From: a virus
Lineage: Duplodnaviria > Caudoviricetes
Length of the DNA: 64,000 nucleotides
Strand: one strand, 5' to 3'
IMG/VR virus record: IMGVR_UViG_3300042542_005523
The notes under the pieces were generated by a model. That model saw nothing but the letters and a program-made list of their open reading frames with translations, did not search any database and was not told the origin of the DNA. The translations under genes were made by a program, and so were the position numbers. Shown here piece by piece: positions 50,864-59,803 of the stretch (position 1 is its first letter; every line of letters starts with the position of its first letter).

Positions 50864-51070
50864 ATGAGTTACTACTTAGCAAAAGTAAATTTTGAAACCG
50901 GTGAAGTTAGCAGAAAGGGTGAGCCGGTTGTTAGAAAATCTGAATTTTTAGTAGCAGCAGAATCCGTTATTGAAGCGGAGACTAAAGTTGCTGAATATAT
51001 GAAAGGCACTATGATGTCTTTTGAGACTGTGCAGATCGCAAAGACAAGGATCGAAGCAGTCGTAAATTAA
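50864..51070 (+). CDS. DUF4494-like small protein
   Basis: YYLAKVNFE...KSEFLVAAESVIEAETKVAEYM...FETVQI resembles the Bacteroidota/phage DUF4494 family. Confidence 0.6.
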   Translation: MSYYLAKVNFETGEVSRKGEPVVRKSEFLVAAESVIEAETKVAEYMKGTMMSFETVQIAKTRIEAVVN

Positions 51071-51092
51071 AAAGAAGAATTGATTTAATTAA

Positions 51093-51320
51093 ATGGCTGA
51101 AACATCTTTTTATGCACCCCCGCAATCACCTATTGCAATACAACCTGGTGACAAGGGATTCGAGACTGTTGGAAAGGGATACAATAGATTCCTCTGGACT
51201 TTTTCAGATTGGAAAAAGAAAAAGAAGAAGATAATAAATCCGGATACAAACTGGACCTTGTCTTCTAAACCAATCACTCAGAAGGAGTGGGAAAAGAAAA
51301 AGAAGGACTTATATTTATAA
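51093..51320 (+). CDS. Small basic hypothetical protein
   Basis: ORF with an AU-rich leader; internal LWTFSDWKK and QKEWEKKKK. Confidence 0.5.
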   Translation: MAETSFYAPPQSPIAIQPGDKGFETVGKGYNRFLWTFSDWKKKKKKIINPDTNWTLSSKPITQKEWEKKKKDLYL

Positions 51321-51333
51321 GCCTTTCCTTTTT

Positions 51334-51341
51334 GATATATA
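51334..51341 (+). promoter_or_regulatory. Putative phage late promoter box GATATATA
   Basis: 28 nt upstream of ATG 51370. Confidence 0.6.
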
Positions 51342-51369
51342 GTCTACATCAAAGAAAAAATATTTAATT

Positions 51370-51780
51370 ATGCCTTCACAAAGTTCAGCACAACAGAGGC
51401 TTTTCGGACAAGCCTATGGTATCAAGACAGGAGAGCTTAAGCCATCAGATCTAAATCCAAAGTACAAATCTGAAATTCTAGCACTATCTAAAAAGATGAC
51501 CAAGAAACAGTTGGACGATTTCGCATCTACCAAGACCAAGAAGCTTCCTCATTATGTAAAAGAGGACGAAGTTAACGAGAAAGGTGGATTAGCAGTTGGT
51601 GGTAAAACAACTGTTGTTCCTCTTGTTAATGTTACAGGTGCGGAAGAATATTCGCCAAGTGGTCCTGGTCCAATAGTTCCTTTTCTAAATACAGACGTTC
51701 AGAAGAAAAAGAAAGGTAAAAAGAATTTACAGAATCTAAAAGATTATAGAGACTGGGTAAATGAAAATAAGGATCTATAA
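51370..51780 (+). CDS. DUF3008-like protein with a C-terminal extension
   Basis: MPSQSSAQQR...MTKKQLDDFASTK.K.LP..V matches the DUF3008 pattern. Confidence 0.65.
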   Translation: MPSQSSAQQRLFGQAYGIKTGELKPSDLNPKYKSEILALSKKMTKKQLDDFASTKTKKLPHYVKEDEVNEKGGLAVGGKTTVVPLVNVTGAEEYSPSGPGPIVPFLNTDVQKKKKGKKNLQNLKDYRDWVNENKDL

Positions 51781-51809
51781 ACACATAAAGGAAAATAACA
51801 ATAAACAAA

Positions 51810-52223
51810 GTGAAAAACGTACTTTCTTTTTCAGATTACGATCCAGCGGATGAATACAAATCCGAATTAAGGAGGGAGCTAAACCTTAATTCTGCTAGAA
51901 GAAGCCCTGCTTACAAGGAGCTTCTTCGTATGGGATTTGAGGAGGTAACATCAGATCAACAGGAACTTAATAACACCTTGAAGTTTATTAGAACCAGAAG
52001 ACATGCTAAGGACAAGGGTCACGATTTTCCTTTCTATACTATACATCCATCTGGGACTGTTAGAAGATACAATCCTCCGAAGTCAGCTGAGCAACCAGAG
52101 GGAAGCGGAAACGACATTAAAAATTTCCCAAAGCCTTTCATAAGAGGAAGAGATTATATAAAAGCTATTAAGTATCTAATAGGCTATCTAGAGAGAAAAG
52201 AAGAGAAAGGTGATTATAAATAA
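51810..52223 (+). CDS. Hypothetical protein (GTG start)
   Basis: MKNVLSFSDY N-terminus; ORF from the track. Confidence 0.55.
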   Translation: MKNVLSFSDYDPADEYKSELRRELNLNSARRSPAYKELLRMGFEEVTSDQQELNNTLKFIRTRRHAKDKGHDFPFYTIHPSGTVRRYNPPKSAEQPEGSGNDIKNFPKPFIRGRDYIKAIKYLIGYLERKEEKGDYK

Positions 52224-52301
52224 ATAGAGCGCAGCTGAACATCTTCCAAAATAATATGTTTGGTGGTTCTCAAGTGAGAATGATAAAGATAAAGAATAAT
52301 T

Positions 52302-52529
52302 ATGTGCGATTGCGGTGCTCCGGATACTAACTACAGGGACTATAGAATAGGCCCAAAGAAGGAAAGCAAGATTCTAAATAAATGGATTCTGGATAATCAC
52401 GGGAGAAAGCTTCTAATAAACTCACCAATCTACGATACATATAATGATATCATAGGATATGTTACCAAGGACGAAACGGGAAACATAATAAGGATATTCA
52501 AAGGAAATATAAAAAACATACTAAATTAA
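52302..52529 (+). CDS. Small hypothetical protein
   Basis: ORF from the track with an AU-rich leader; TATAAATA at 52215-52222 upstream. Confidence 0.45.
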   Translation: MCDCGAPDTNYRDYRIGPKKESKILNKWILDNHGRKLLINSPIYDTYNDIIGYVTKDETGNIIRIFKGNIKNILN

Positions 52530-52530
52530 A

Positions 52531-52977
52531 ATGTACTATCCAACAGGTAAAACAACAGAAGGCAGAGAATTGATCTGCATGAAAAAGAACGCTGATCTTG
52601 TTAATGAAAAATTAGGATCTTGCGATGAAGCTTGCATTATGGAATGCACAGACAATTGGCTGAATGAAAGCAACTCATGCGTTGCCTGTAATCAATTGAA
52701 CGAATATCTAAACGAGTGTGGTTACTCTATGCAAGTAAACGAGGATGGTGGAATGGCAGCTCCTCTAGCATCTTTAGGTGCTACCCCAGGCATGGGAAAT
52801 CCTGCTACACCGCAGAACGGTGGAACTAATGCTGGATTCTATAATCCTAGCTTATCTGGATCTGGTGATAAGTTTGACAGCCTAACTGTTGGAACACCTG
52901 CTGCCAATAAAAGAAAGAAGAGCCTAGTTAAGAAGTTTAGAGAATTTGTCAAACTTAAAGAGTCTAATAAGAGATAA
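52531..52977 (+). CDS. Hypothetical protein with several (L/V)NE sites
   Basis: LVNE, WLNE, QLNE, YLNE, QVNE; C-terminal VKKFREFVKLKES. Confidence 0.5.
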   Translation: MYYPTGKTTEGRELICMKKNADLVNEKLGSCDEACIMECTDNWLNESNSCVACNQLNEYLNECGYSMQVNEDGGMAAPLASLGATPGMGNPATPQNGGTNAGFYNPSLSGSGDKFDSLTVGTPAANKRKKSLVKKFREFVKLKESNKR

Positions 52978-53006
52978 TTTGTAATTTTTGACATATAAAT
53001 AAAACG

Positions 53007-53033
53007 AAAAGGAGACATTATGTCTCCTTTTTT
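53007..53033 (+). terminator. Rho-independent terminator upstream of dnaK
   Basis: AAAAGGAGACA-TTA-TGTCTCCTTTT plus T-run. Confidence 0.75.
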
Positions 53034-53201
53034 CTTGCGGCAATCTTTTTGAAACATGGTTCTAAAAATTACAAAAATGAAAGATTTTAAACCTATATCA
53101 TTAAAGATTGAAAAAACAAGGGTGAAACATCCTCAGAGATCCGGCTCTATAAATCCGGAACTAAAAATAAAAGTTTTAAAAATAAAAAAGTAAAAAAAAC
53201 T

Positions 53202-55085
53202 ATGGGAAAAGTAATTGGAATTGACTTGGGAACAACAAACTCTTGTGTTTCGGTCATAGAAGCAGATCAGCCAGTTGTTATTGTTAATGCCGAGGGAAAG
53301 AGAACAACTCCAAGCGTTATCGGATTCAACGATGGTGAAATTAAAATCGGGGATCCAGCTAGGAGACAAGCTGTGACAAACCCTACGAACACATTGTACT
53401 CTGTTAAGAGATTCATTGGATCTAACTTTGACGATGTGAAGAAAGAGGCTAAGAAAATGCCTTATGTGGTTAAAAAGGGCAGCGATAATAGAGTTATCGT
53501 GGAAGCTAATGGAAGAGATTATATCCCACAGGAGATCGCAGCTATGGTTCTTCAGAATCTTAAAAGAGTTGCAGAGGATTACCTCGGAAGCGAAGTAACA
53601 GAAGCGGTTATCACTGTGCCTGCTTATTTTAATGACGCACAGAGGCAAGCAACAAAAGAGGCAGGTGAGATTGCTGGTCTTAATGTATTGAGAATTATCA
53701 ACGAGCCAACGGCTGCAGCACTAGCTTATGGACTTGATAAAATGGACAAAGATCAAAAGGTAGCGGTATATGACCTCGGCGGTGGTACATTTGACGTATC
53801 CATCTTGGAAATAGGATCTGGCGTATTTGAAGTTCTTTCAACTAACGGTGACACACATCTTGGTGGTGACAACTTCGATGAGAAGATCATTGATTGGATT
53901 GTGGAAGAGTTCAAGTCGCAAACTGGAATAGATGCCTCTAAGGACCCAATGGCTTATCAACGTATTAGAGAAGCTGCTGAGAAGGCTAAAATCGAATTAT
54001 CAAATTCATCAGAAACAGAAATTAACCTACCTTATCTAAGCGCTCTTTCAGATGGGCCTAAGCACTTTGTAGGTAAACTTTCGAGAGCTAAATTTGAGCA
54101 AATGATTGATGATTTAATTCAGAAGACACTTGCTCCCTGTAGAAAAGCTATCAAAGATTCCAAACTTAAAGTTTCTGAAATAGATGAGATTCTATTGGTT
54201 GGTGGATCAACAAGAATTCCTAAGGTTCAAGAGGAAGTAGAAAAGCTATTTGGTAAAAAGCCAAATAAGAGCGTAAATCCCGATGAGGTTGTTGCTATTG
54301 GAGCGGCAGTTCAGGGAGCAGTTTTAAAAGGAGACATCACGGACGTTCTTTTGCTTGATGTTACACCGCTTTCTTTAGGTATTGAAACAATGGGAGGTGT
54401 ATTCACCAAATTGATTGAAGCTAACTCAACTATCCCTATTAGAAAAAGCGAGTCATTCTCTACTGCCGTTGATAACCAGGCAAATGTGGAAATCCATGTT
54501 TTACAGGGTGAAAGACCAATGGCTTCAGATAACAAGACTCTGGGAAGATTCATGCTAACTGATGTTCCGCCTGCTCCAAGAGGGATTCCTCAGATTGAAG
54601 TTACCTTTGATATTGATGCTAACGGTATCATTAGCGTTTCTGCTAAGGATAAAGGAACAGGTAAAGAGCAGAACATCAAGATTGAATCTGGTAACAAGCT
54701 GTCAGATGATGAAATCAAGAAGATGAAGGATGACGCTTTATCTAATGAGAAAGCAGACAAGGAAAGACTTAAGTTATCCCAGGCTAAAAATGAGTTGGAT
54801 GGCTTAATTTTCCAAGCTGAAAAAATGATTAAAGATTTTGAAGAAAAGACATCTGAGGAGGAAAGAGCTAAGATTAATTCTATGATCGAGTCCGCTAAGG
54901 AGACCGTAAAAGGTGAGGATGCTGAAAAGATGGAATCTAGCACCAAGGATCTAGTCGAGGCACTCCAAGAAATCTCCACTAAAGTTTATGCTCAAGAGCA
55001 AGCTAACTCCGGCGAAGCTGGTGAAACAACTAGCTCAACAAGCACAGAAGCTGAAGAGGTTGAATTTGAGGAGGTTAAGGGATAA
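53202..55085 (+). CDS. dnaK: Chaperone DnaK (Hsp70)
   Basis: [50 protein letters not shown], full SBD and lid. Confidence 0.98.
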   Translation: MGKVIGIDLGTTNSCVSVIEADQPVVIVNAEGKRTTPSVIGFNDGEIKIGDPARRQAVTNPTNTLYSVKRFIGSNFDDVKKEAKKMPYVVKKGSDNRVIVEANGRDYIPQEIAAMVLQNLKRVAEDYLGSEVTEAVITVPAYFNDAQRQATKEAGEIAGLNVLRIINEPTAAALAYGLDKMDKDQKVAVYDLGGGTFDVSILEIGSGVFEVLSTNGDTHLGGDNFDEKIIDWIVEEFKSQTGIDASKDPMAYQRIREAAEKAKIELSNSSETEINLPYLSALSDGPKHFVGKLSRAKFEQMIDDLIQKTLAPCRKAIKDSKLKVSEIDEILLVGGSTRIPKVQEEVEKLFGKKPNKSVNPDEVVAIGAAVQGAVLKGDITDVLLLDVTPLSLGIETMGGVFTKLIEANSTIPIRKSESFSTAVDNQANVEIHVLQGERPMASDNKTLGRFMLTDVPPAPRGIPQIEVTFDIDANGIISVSAKDKGTGKEQNIKIESGNKLSDDEIKKMKDDALSNEKADKERLKLSQAKNELDGLIFQAEKMIKDFEEKTSEEERAKINSMIESAKETVKGEDAEKMESSTKDLVEALQEISTKVYAQEQANSGEAGETTSSTSTEAEEVEFEEVKG

Positions 55086-55101
55086 CCCAATATTATCCTA
55101 G

Positions 55102-55127
55102 AAAAAGCCGGGTAACCGGCTTTTTTT
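55102..55127 (+). terminator. Rho-independent terminator after dnaK
   Basis: AAAAAGCCGG-GTAA-CCGGCTTTTT(TT). Confidence 0.85.
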
Positions 55128-55143
55128 GTGCGGATATGTTTTT

Positions 55144-55151
55144 TATATTTG
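55144..55151 (+). promoter_or_regulatory. Bacteroidota sigma70-type -7 element TATATTTG
   Basis: TAnnTTTG consensus 4 nt upstream of ATG 55156. Confidence 0.45.
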
Positions 55152-55155
55152 TCAC

Positions 55156-55545
55156 ATGGCTAGAGAAATATTAATACAGGAAGAGTATCTGGACAATCCG
55201 TGGAGAATGATGGTCTGCTGTATATGTCTAAACCAAACAAACAATAAACAGGTTAGACCGATATTAGAATCCCTATTTTCCATAATACCTGATCAGGTAT
55301 CTGCTATTTCCTGTGAGAAGGAAAGAATTTCAGAATGTCTAAAGTCTACTGGATTCCAAAACGTAAAAGCGGATAGAATAAAAAAGATGAGTCAAAAGTG
55401 GATAGAAGGGTTCGAGAATCCTTCAGAGTTACCAGGGATAGGTAAATACGGTCAGGACTCCTGGGATATCTTCATAAATGGAAATACGGAAAGAGAAACC
55501 TCTGATAAAAAATTAATAACCTATCTGTCCTTTTTTAGAAGATAA
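55156..55545 (+). CDS. MBD4-like HhH DNA glycosylase (catalytic domain only)
   Basis: LIQEEYLDNPWRMMVCCICLNQT...ELPGIGKYGQDSWDIF parallels the MBD4 pattern LIQE...DPWKLLIATIFLNRT...ELHGIGKYGNDSYRIF, recalled from memory. Confidence 0.75.
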   Translation: MAREILIQEEYLDNPWRMMVCCICLNQTNNKQVRPILESLFSIIPDQVSAISCEKERISECLKSTGFQNVKADRIKKMSQKWIEGFENPSELPGIGKYGQDSWDIFINGNTERETSDKKLITYLSFFRR

Positions 55546-56364
55546 AGCCAGAGCCAATCTGTTTAAAAGACCATCCATTCTCTCAAAAAATTCTCCCTCG
55601 TATTGCATTTCTAGATTTGCTTCGTAATAGGGAATTCCTTTGTTTATATAGAAAGCTTCTACAAGTTCATCTGGGCAATTTATGCCAGAGTATCTACATT
55701 GGTAGACTAGTGGCATGATTGAATTTATCGGATCCCAGTTTGAATCACCTATCTCTATAGGGTCACTTGAGTAATCGTTTGCTCCATCGTCCCCGTGAAT
55801 GTAAAAAGCTGCGGTTTTTCCTTCTAGGTGATTCTTGAGGAGATTATCATATTCTCCTGATAATTCAGTCGGTCCGGTGATCTCAGAATTTTTAATATTA
55901 CCCTCGCCCATTATTTCTATGGCTTCTTCCCTGGTTAGCGTTAGATTAGCGCAAACCAATCTATCAAACATTGCTTTAACCTGGGTAGAAACCGAATACC
56001 AGTTTATAGGACTAACCACAAGGAAAGCGTCACACTCTTCCAGTTTATCGTAAATCTCCGCTTCATACATCAAGTCCTTTTTTTCCATGTCTTTTCCATA
56101 ACATGTACATTTCCAATGACAATGAAATCCACCCGAAGTAGAAACGCATCCTTTACATGGACTTATCGTTACATCCCCGATTGATAGGTCTATTACCTCT
56201 ATATCGTAAACACTAGACCAGTACTCAAATATGTAGTTGATCAATTTTTTAGATTTAGGTGTTTGGTTTGAGCAGGACTTTAGTTTTCTTGGCGAGCCCT
56301 GAAACACCAGAAGTTTAGGTTTGCTATATGTTCTAAATTCTTGAAATTCCCTTAGATTTTCCAT
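55513..56364 (-). CDS. NAD(P)H-dependent FMN reductase / iron-sulfur flavoprotein-like
   Basis: LLVFQGSPRK, ISPCKGC...CHWKCTC...KDLM, DAFLVVSPINWYSV..QVKAMFDRL, GKTAAF. Confidence 0.8.
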   Translation of the reverse strand: MENLREFQEFRTYSKPKLLVFQGSPRKLKSCSNQTPKSKKLINYIFEYWSSVYDIEVIDLSIGDVTISPCKGCVSTSGGFHCHWKCTCYGKDMEKKDLMYEAEIYDKLEECDAFLVVSPINWYSVSTQVKAMFDRLVCANLTLTREEAIEIMGEGNIKNSEITGPTELSGEYDNLLKNHLEGKTAAFYIHGDDGANDYSSDPIEIGDSNWDPINSIMPLVYQCRYSGINCPDELVEAFYINKGIPYYEANLEMQYEGEFFERMDGLLNRLALALSSKKGQIGY

Positions 56365-56401
56365 ATTCTTTTTGTCGATCTATCGAAGCTGTATAAATTA
56401 C

Positions 56402-56701
56402 TTACTTCTTCTTAGCTGAATTGCTAAGAAATTCTTCTTTTAAATAATTAGTGATCTCTGTTGGTGATTTTCTCTTCTCTTTCACAATGCTAGTGAAATT
56501 TTCCGATTTGCCACACTCATCTAGAAAATCACAGAAATAAGATCCCTCGTACATTGGGTCTAGTACCTGGGGAAGAGGCTGGTGGGCTGATTGGTAATTT
56601 CTAGAATTAACCCGCGTAACGTATGCATCACCCGGAACCTGAACCGTTCCCGGATCAAAATCTTCGTTTAGAAAATCGGTAAGGGACTTTATATTTTTCA
56701 T
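56402..56701 (-). CDS. Hypothetical, probable capsid-packaged internal protein
   Basis: N-terminus MKNIKSLTDFLNE; a minus-strand GATATATA box lies upstream. Confidence 0.55.
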   Translation of the reverse strand: MKNIKSLTDFLNEDFDPGTVQVPGDAYVTRVNSRNYQSAHQPLPQVLDPMYEGSYFCDFLDECGKSENFTSIVKEKRKSPTEITNYLKEEFLSNSAKKK

Positions 56702-56724
56702 TACGATGTAAGTTTTGTTGGATT

Positions 56725-56732
56725 TATATATC
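56725..56732 (-). promoter_or_regulatory. Putative phage late promoter box GATATATA (minus strand)
   Basis: + strand TATATATC; the motif flips strand together with the only minus-strand operon. Confidence 0.65.
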
Positions 56733-56815
56733 TGTGGAAAATTAAATAAAAAAGAAAGGGAATATTGGAAATAAATCGCATAACTTCAATACAATACTAA
56801 CAAATCCAATAAAGC

Positions 56816-58234
56816 ATGATAGTAGATATAGAAAATAAAGGAACGTATCTGAACGTTTCTCATTTCAGTGACGAGGGCGATCTAGTTTTTTTGCACATTC
56901 CCGTTCCTGAGGAGGAGAGATTTGTTTGGTCAAAGTGCTATCCTAATGACAGAAAAAAAGACCCAGAATGGAAAGACTGGACGGGTGCACCAGTTAAAAA
57001 GGATCCTTCTGAGAGATACGATAAGTATAGAATGGCTCAAATGCTGGAAGAGTCAGATCGCAGCATAACAGCACCACTTTGGGAGTATCAGACACCAAAG
57101 AAATACTTTCTCGATATCGAGGTTGAGATCACGGATGAGATGGCAGATGCGTTAGATACGGAGAACACAAAGAATAGAGTTTTATCAATCGGTATCGCAA
57201 CAGACAAATGCAAGCTTATTGTTTTAGGTCTAGATCCTCTAACTCAAGAGCAACAGGTTTCCATTCATAATAAGCTGAATAGCTACTTCGAAAAAACCGG
57301 TGACGAGTGGAGCTTTAAATACAAGCAATTTGAAAGCGAGTATGATATGATGTATACTTTCTTTAAGGACATAGGATCGAAGATGCCATTCATTACAGGA
57401 TGGAACTGGCTAGGGTATGACTGGCCGTATTTGATAAACCGTGCAAAGAAGCTGGGAATAGATCCCAAGATGATATCACCGTCACGTACTCTAATAGGAA
57501 AGAATCAGCTACCACAACACATACTAATGGTCGATTACTTGGATATCTATAAAAAATGGGACCGTGTTATAAAGATCAAGGAAAGTAATAGGTTGGATTA
57601 TGTTGCTGAAAAAGCTATAGGACTCAAGAAGATCTCATATAACGGAACTCTCCGTGATCTATATCAATCTAATTTTGAAGACTTTATCTACTATAACGCA
57701 GTCGATTGTGCTCTTGTTCATTATATAGATCAGAAGCTAAAGACCTTACAGACTTTCTTTAAGATAGCATTGGTAACAGGCGTAGAAATTAATAGAGCAC
57801 TTTCCCCAGTTTGGTCAACAGAGAGCATGATGCTCAGAAAGTTCCTAGAAAGAAAACAGGTATTTGTTAACGAGAGGAAAGAAGAGCAGGCAGTTAAATT
57901 TGCAGGTGGATATGTTAAGGAGCCAATAGCGGGATTGCACGAATGGATAGCTTGTTATGACTTTGCCTCCCTGTACCCAAATACAATTGTTCAATGGGGT
58001 ATATCCCCTGAAGTCTATAAAGGGAAGAGCATATTAACTCCAAAGGAAAGTTGGGTTAAAACATCATCTGGTGCGTACTTCGGAGGAGAAGACGAAGAGC
58101 CTATACTAAGAGGCATAGTTAGCGATCTTTATGCAAAAAGAAGAGCTACAAAGAACAAAATGTTAGCTTTACAGATCGAAATCGATAGACTTGAAAAATT
58201 ACTAAAAAAAGAATCAGAAAATTCCCCTAAATAG
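56816..58234 (+). CDS. Family B DNA polymerase, N-terminal half (exonuclease plus first palm region), gp43A-like split gene
   Basis: Exo I LDIE, Exo II GWN..GYD..Y, Exo III YNAVD, GGYV, DFASLYP. Ends after KRRATKNKM; KxxxNSxYG and YGDTDS are absent. Confidence 0.88.
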   Translation: MIVDIENKGTYLNVSHFSDEGDLVFLHIPVPEEERFVWSKCYPNDRKKDPEWKDWTGAPVKKDPSERYDKYRMAQMLEESDRSITAPLWEYQTPKKYFLDIEVEITDEMADALDTENTKNRVLSIGIATDKCKLIVLGLDPLTQEQQVSIHNKLNSYFEKTGDEWSFKYKQFESEYDMMYTFFKDIGSKMPFITGWNWLGYDWPYLINRAKKLGIDPKMISPSRTLIGKNQLPQHILMVDYLDIYKKWDRVIKIKESNRLDYVAEKAIGLKKISYNGTLRDLYQSNFEDFIYYNAVDCALVHYIDQKLKTLQTFFKIALVTGVEINRALSPVWSTESMMLRKFLERKQVFVNERKEEQAVKFAGGYVKEPIAGLHEWIACYDFASLYPNTIVQWGISPEVYKGKSILTPKESWVKTSSGAYFGGEDEEPILRGIVSDLYAKRRATKNKMLALQIEIDRLEKLLKKESENSPK

Positions 58235-58256
58235 GGGGACCAAGACTAGCCAGGGT

Positions 58257-58264
58257 GATATATA
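58257..58264 (+). promoter_or_regulatory. Putative phage promoter box GATATATA
   Basis: 52 nt upstream of ATG 58317. Confidence 0.5.
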
Positions 58265-58316
58265 AAAAACCCCGGTGGGAGTCAAACCTTAATTTAAACT
58301 ATTAAAAACGAAGAAA

Positions 58317-58781
58317 ATGGCTAACACAGACAACAAATGTGCTGATCTAGAAGTTCAGGACTATTACAAAGGAACAGAGGACACACTGGGACTAATCTAC
58401 AACAAACAGAAGGAGCTTCAAGCTAGATATGGGTTCGATTTTACGGATTGGACACTAAAGCAAATTGCTGACTTTTGGATGGTAAACAAACACGCCCTAG
58501 CCGACGAACTTAATGAGATGTTCGATGCACTCGGCGGTGTTAATGATGGTATAGGCTCTGCCGCATGGAAGTATTGGAAAAAAGACAATGCTAAAGCCGC
58601 AGACATGAAAATTTCAGACCTATCAGAATCTGATAAGTTGGAGCTTTATTACGAGTGGATCGACGGTCTCCACTTTTTTATGAATTTTGGTATTTCCATG
58701 GGAATGACAAGCGAGGATATCGTGAATCTCTATATGGCAAAGCAAAAAGAAAATCACGACCGTCAAGATAGAGGTTACTAA
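58317..58781 (+). CDS. dut: Dimeric all-alpha dUTPase (dCTPase gp56-like superfamily)
   Basis: DELNEM...AWKYWK...EWIDGLHF...Y.AK..EN..RQ..GY. Confidence 0.8.
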   Translation: MANTDNKCADLEVQDYYKGTEDTLGLIYNKQKELQARYGFDFTDWTLKQIADFWMVNKHALADELNEMFDALGGVNDGIGSAAWKYWKKDNAKAADMKISDLSESDKLELYYEWIDGLHFFMNFGISMGMTSEDIVNLYMAKQKENHDRQDRGY

Positions 58782-58795
58782 AAAAAATTAATTTA

Positions 58796-59785
58796 ATGGA
58801 AAATTCAATATATTCCTATGGGGAAAAGATCCTCCAGGAGAACCCGAATAGGTTCGTTATATTCCCTATAGAGCATCCGGATTTATGGGATCTTTATAAA
58901 AAGCAGCAGGCTTGCATATGGACTGCGGAAGAGATAGATCTATCCCAGGATTTAAACGACTGGAGGAATGTTCTTAATGACGATGAGAAATATTTTGTTA
59001 AGAATATCTTAGCTTTCTTCGCTGCCTCAGATGGAATAGTGAATGAAAATCTAGCGGAGAACTTCGTTAAGGAGGTTCAGTACTCCGAAGCCAAGTTCTT
59101 CTATGGGTTTCAGATCATGATGGAGAATATCCACAGCGAGACTTACTCCTTGCTGATTGATACCTATATACAGGAACAGGAAGAAAAAAATATGCTTTTT
59201 AAAGCTATTGATACAATCCCAGCTGTTAAGAAAAAAGCAGAATGGGCTCTAAAGTGGATTCAGTCCCCTCATTTCCAAGAGAGACTTATCGCTTTTGCAG
59301 CTGTAGAAGGAATCTTCTTCTCCGGTTCTTTTTGCTCTATTTTCTGGTTAAAGAAAAGAGGGTTAATGCCAGGTCTTTCATTCTCTAATGAGTTAATCTC
59401 AAGAGATGAGGGAATGCATTGCGATTTTGCTGTACATTTGCACAACAATCACATTATCAATAAAGTTTCTCCAGATAGAATAAAAGAGATTCTCACCAGC
59501 GCTTTGGAAATTGAGAAGGAATTCATAACGGAGTCACTTCCAGTTAGACTAATTGGTATGAACTCCGAATTGATGATCCAGTATCTTGAATTTGTGACTG
59601 ATAGATTATTAGTAGACCTCGGCTGCTCGAGAGTTTATAATTCTGAAAATCCATTCGATTTTATGGCTAATATAGCATTACAGGGAAAGACTAACTTTTT
59701 TGAAAAGAGGGTGGGCGAATATCAGAAAGCGGGTATTATGAATAAAAATGAAGACGACCCATTTGGGTTCGATACAGATTTCTAA
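58796..59785 (+). CDS. nrdB: Ribonucleotide reductase class Ia beta subunit
   Basis: [61 protein letters not shown]. Confidence 0.97.
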   Translation: MENSIYSYGEKILQENPNRFVIFPIEHPDLWDLYKKQQACIWTAEEIDLSQDLNDWRNVLNDDEKYFVKNILAFFAASDGIVNENLAENFVKEVQYSEAKFFYGFQIMMENIHSETYSLLIDTYIQEQEEKNMLFKAIDTIPAVKKKAEWALKWIQSPHFQERLIAFAAVEGIFFSGSFCSIFWLKKRGLMPGLSFSNELISRDEGMHCDFAVHLHNNHIINKVSPDRIKEILTSALEIEKEFITESLPVRLIGMNSELMIQYLEFVTDRLLVDLGCSRVYNSENPFDFMANIALQGKTNFFEKRVGEYQKAGIMNKNEDDPFGFDTDF

Positions 59786-59803
59786 AAATAAGTTAAATAA
59801 AAT

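Noticed and set aside
58222-58239. Hairpin TTCCCCT-AAAT-AGGGGGA enclosing the PolB stop codon, reminiscent of T4 gene 60 translational bypassing
   Set aside because: No polymerase-like sequence follows in any frame; the next ORF is a clean dUTPase with its own promoter box. It is more likely a simple pause or processing stem.
58317-58781. Reading the dUTPase-family gene as a gp56-type dCTPase implying hydroxymethyl-C DNA
   Set aside because: dUTPase and dCTPase specificity cannot be separated by eye, and no dCMP hydroxymethylase is present in the window.
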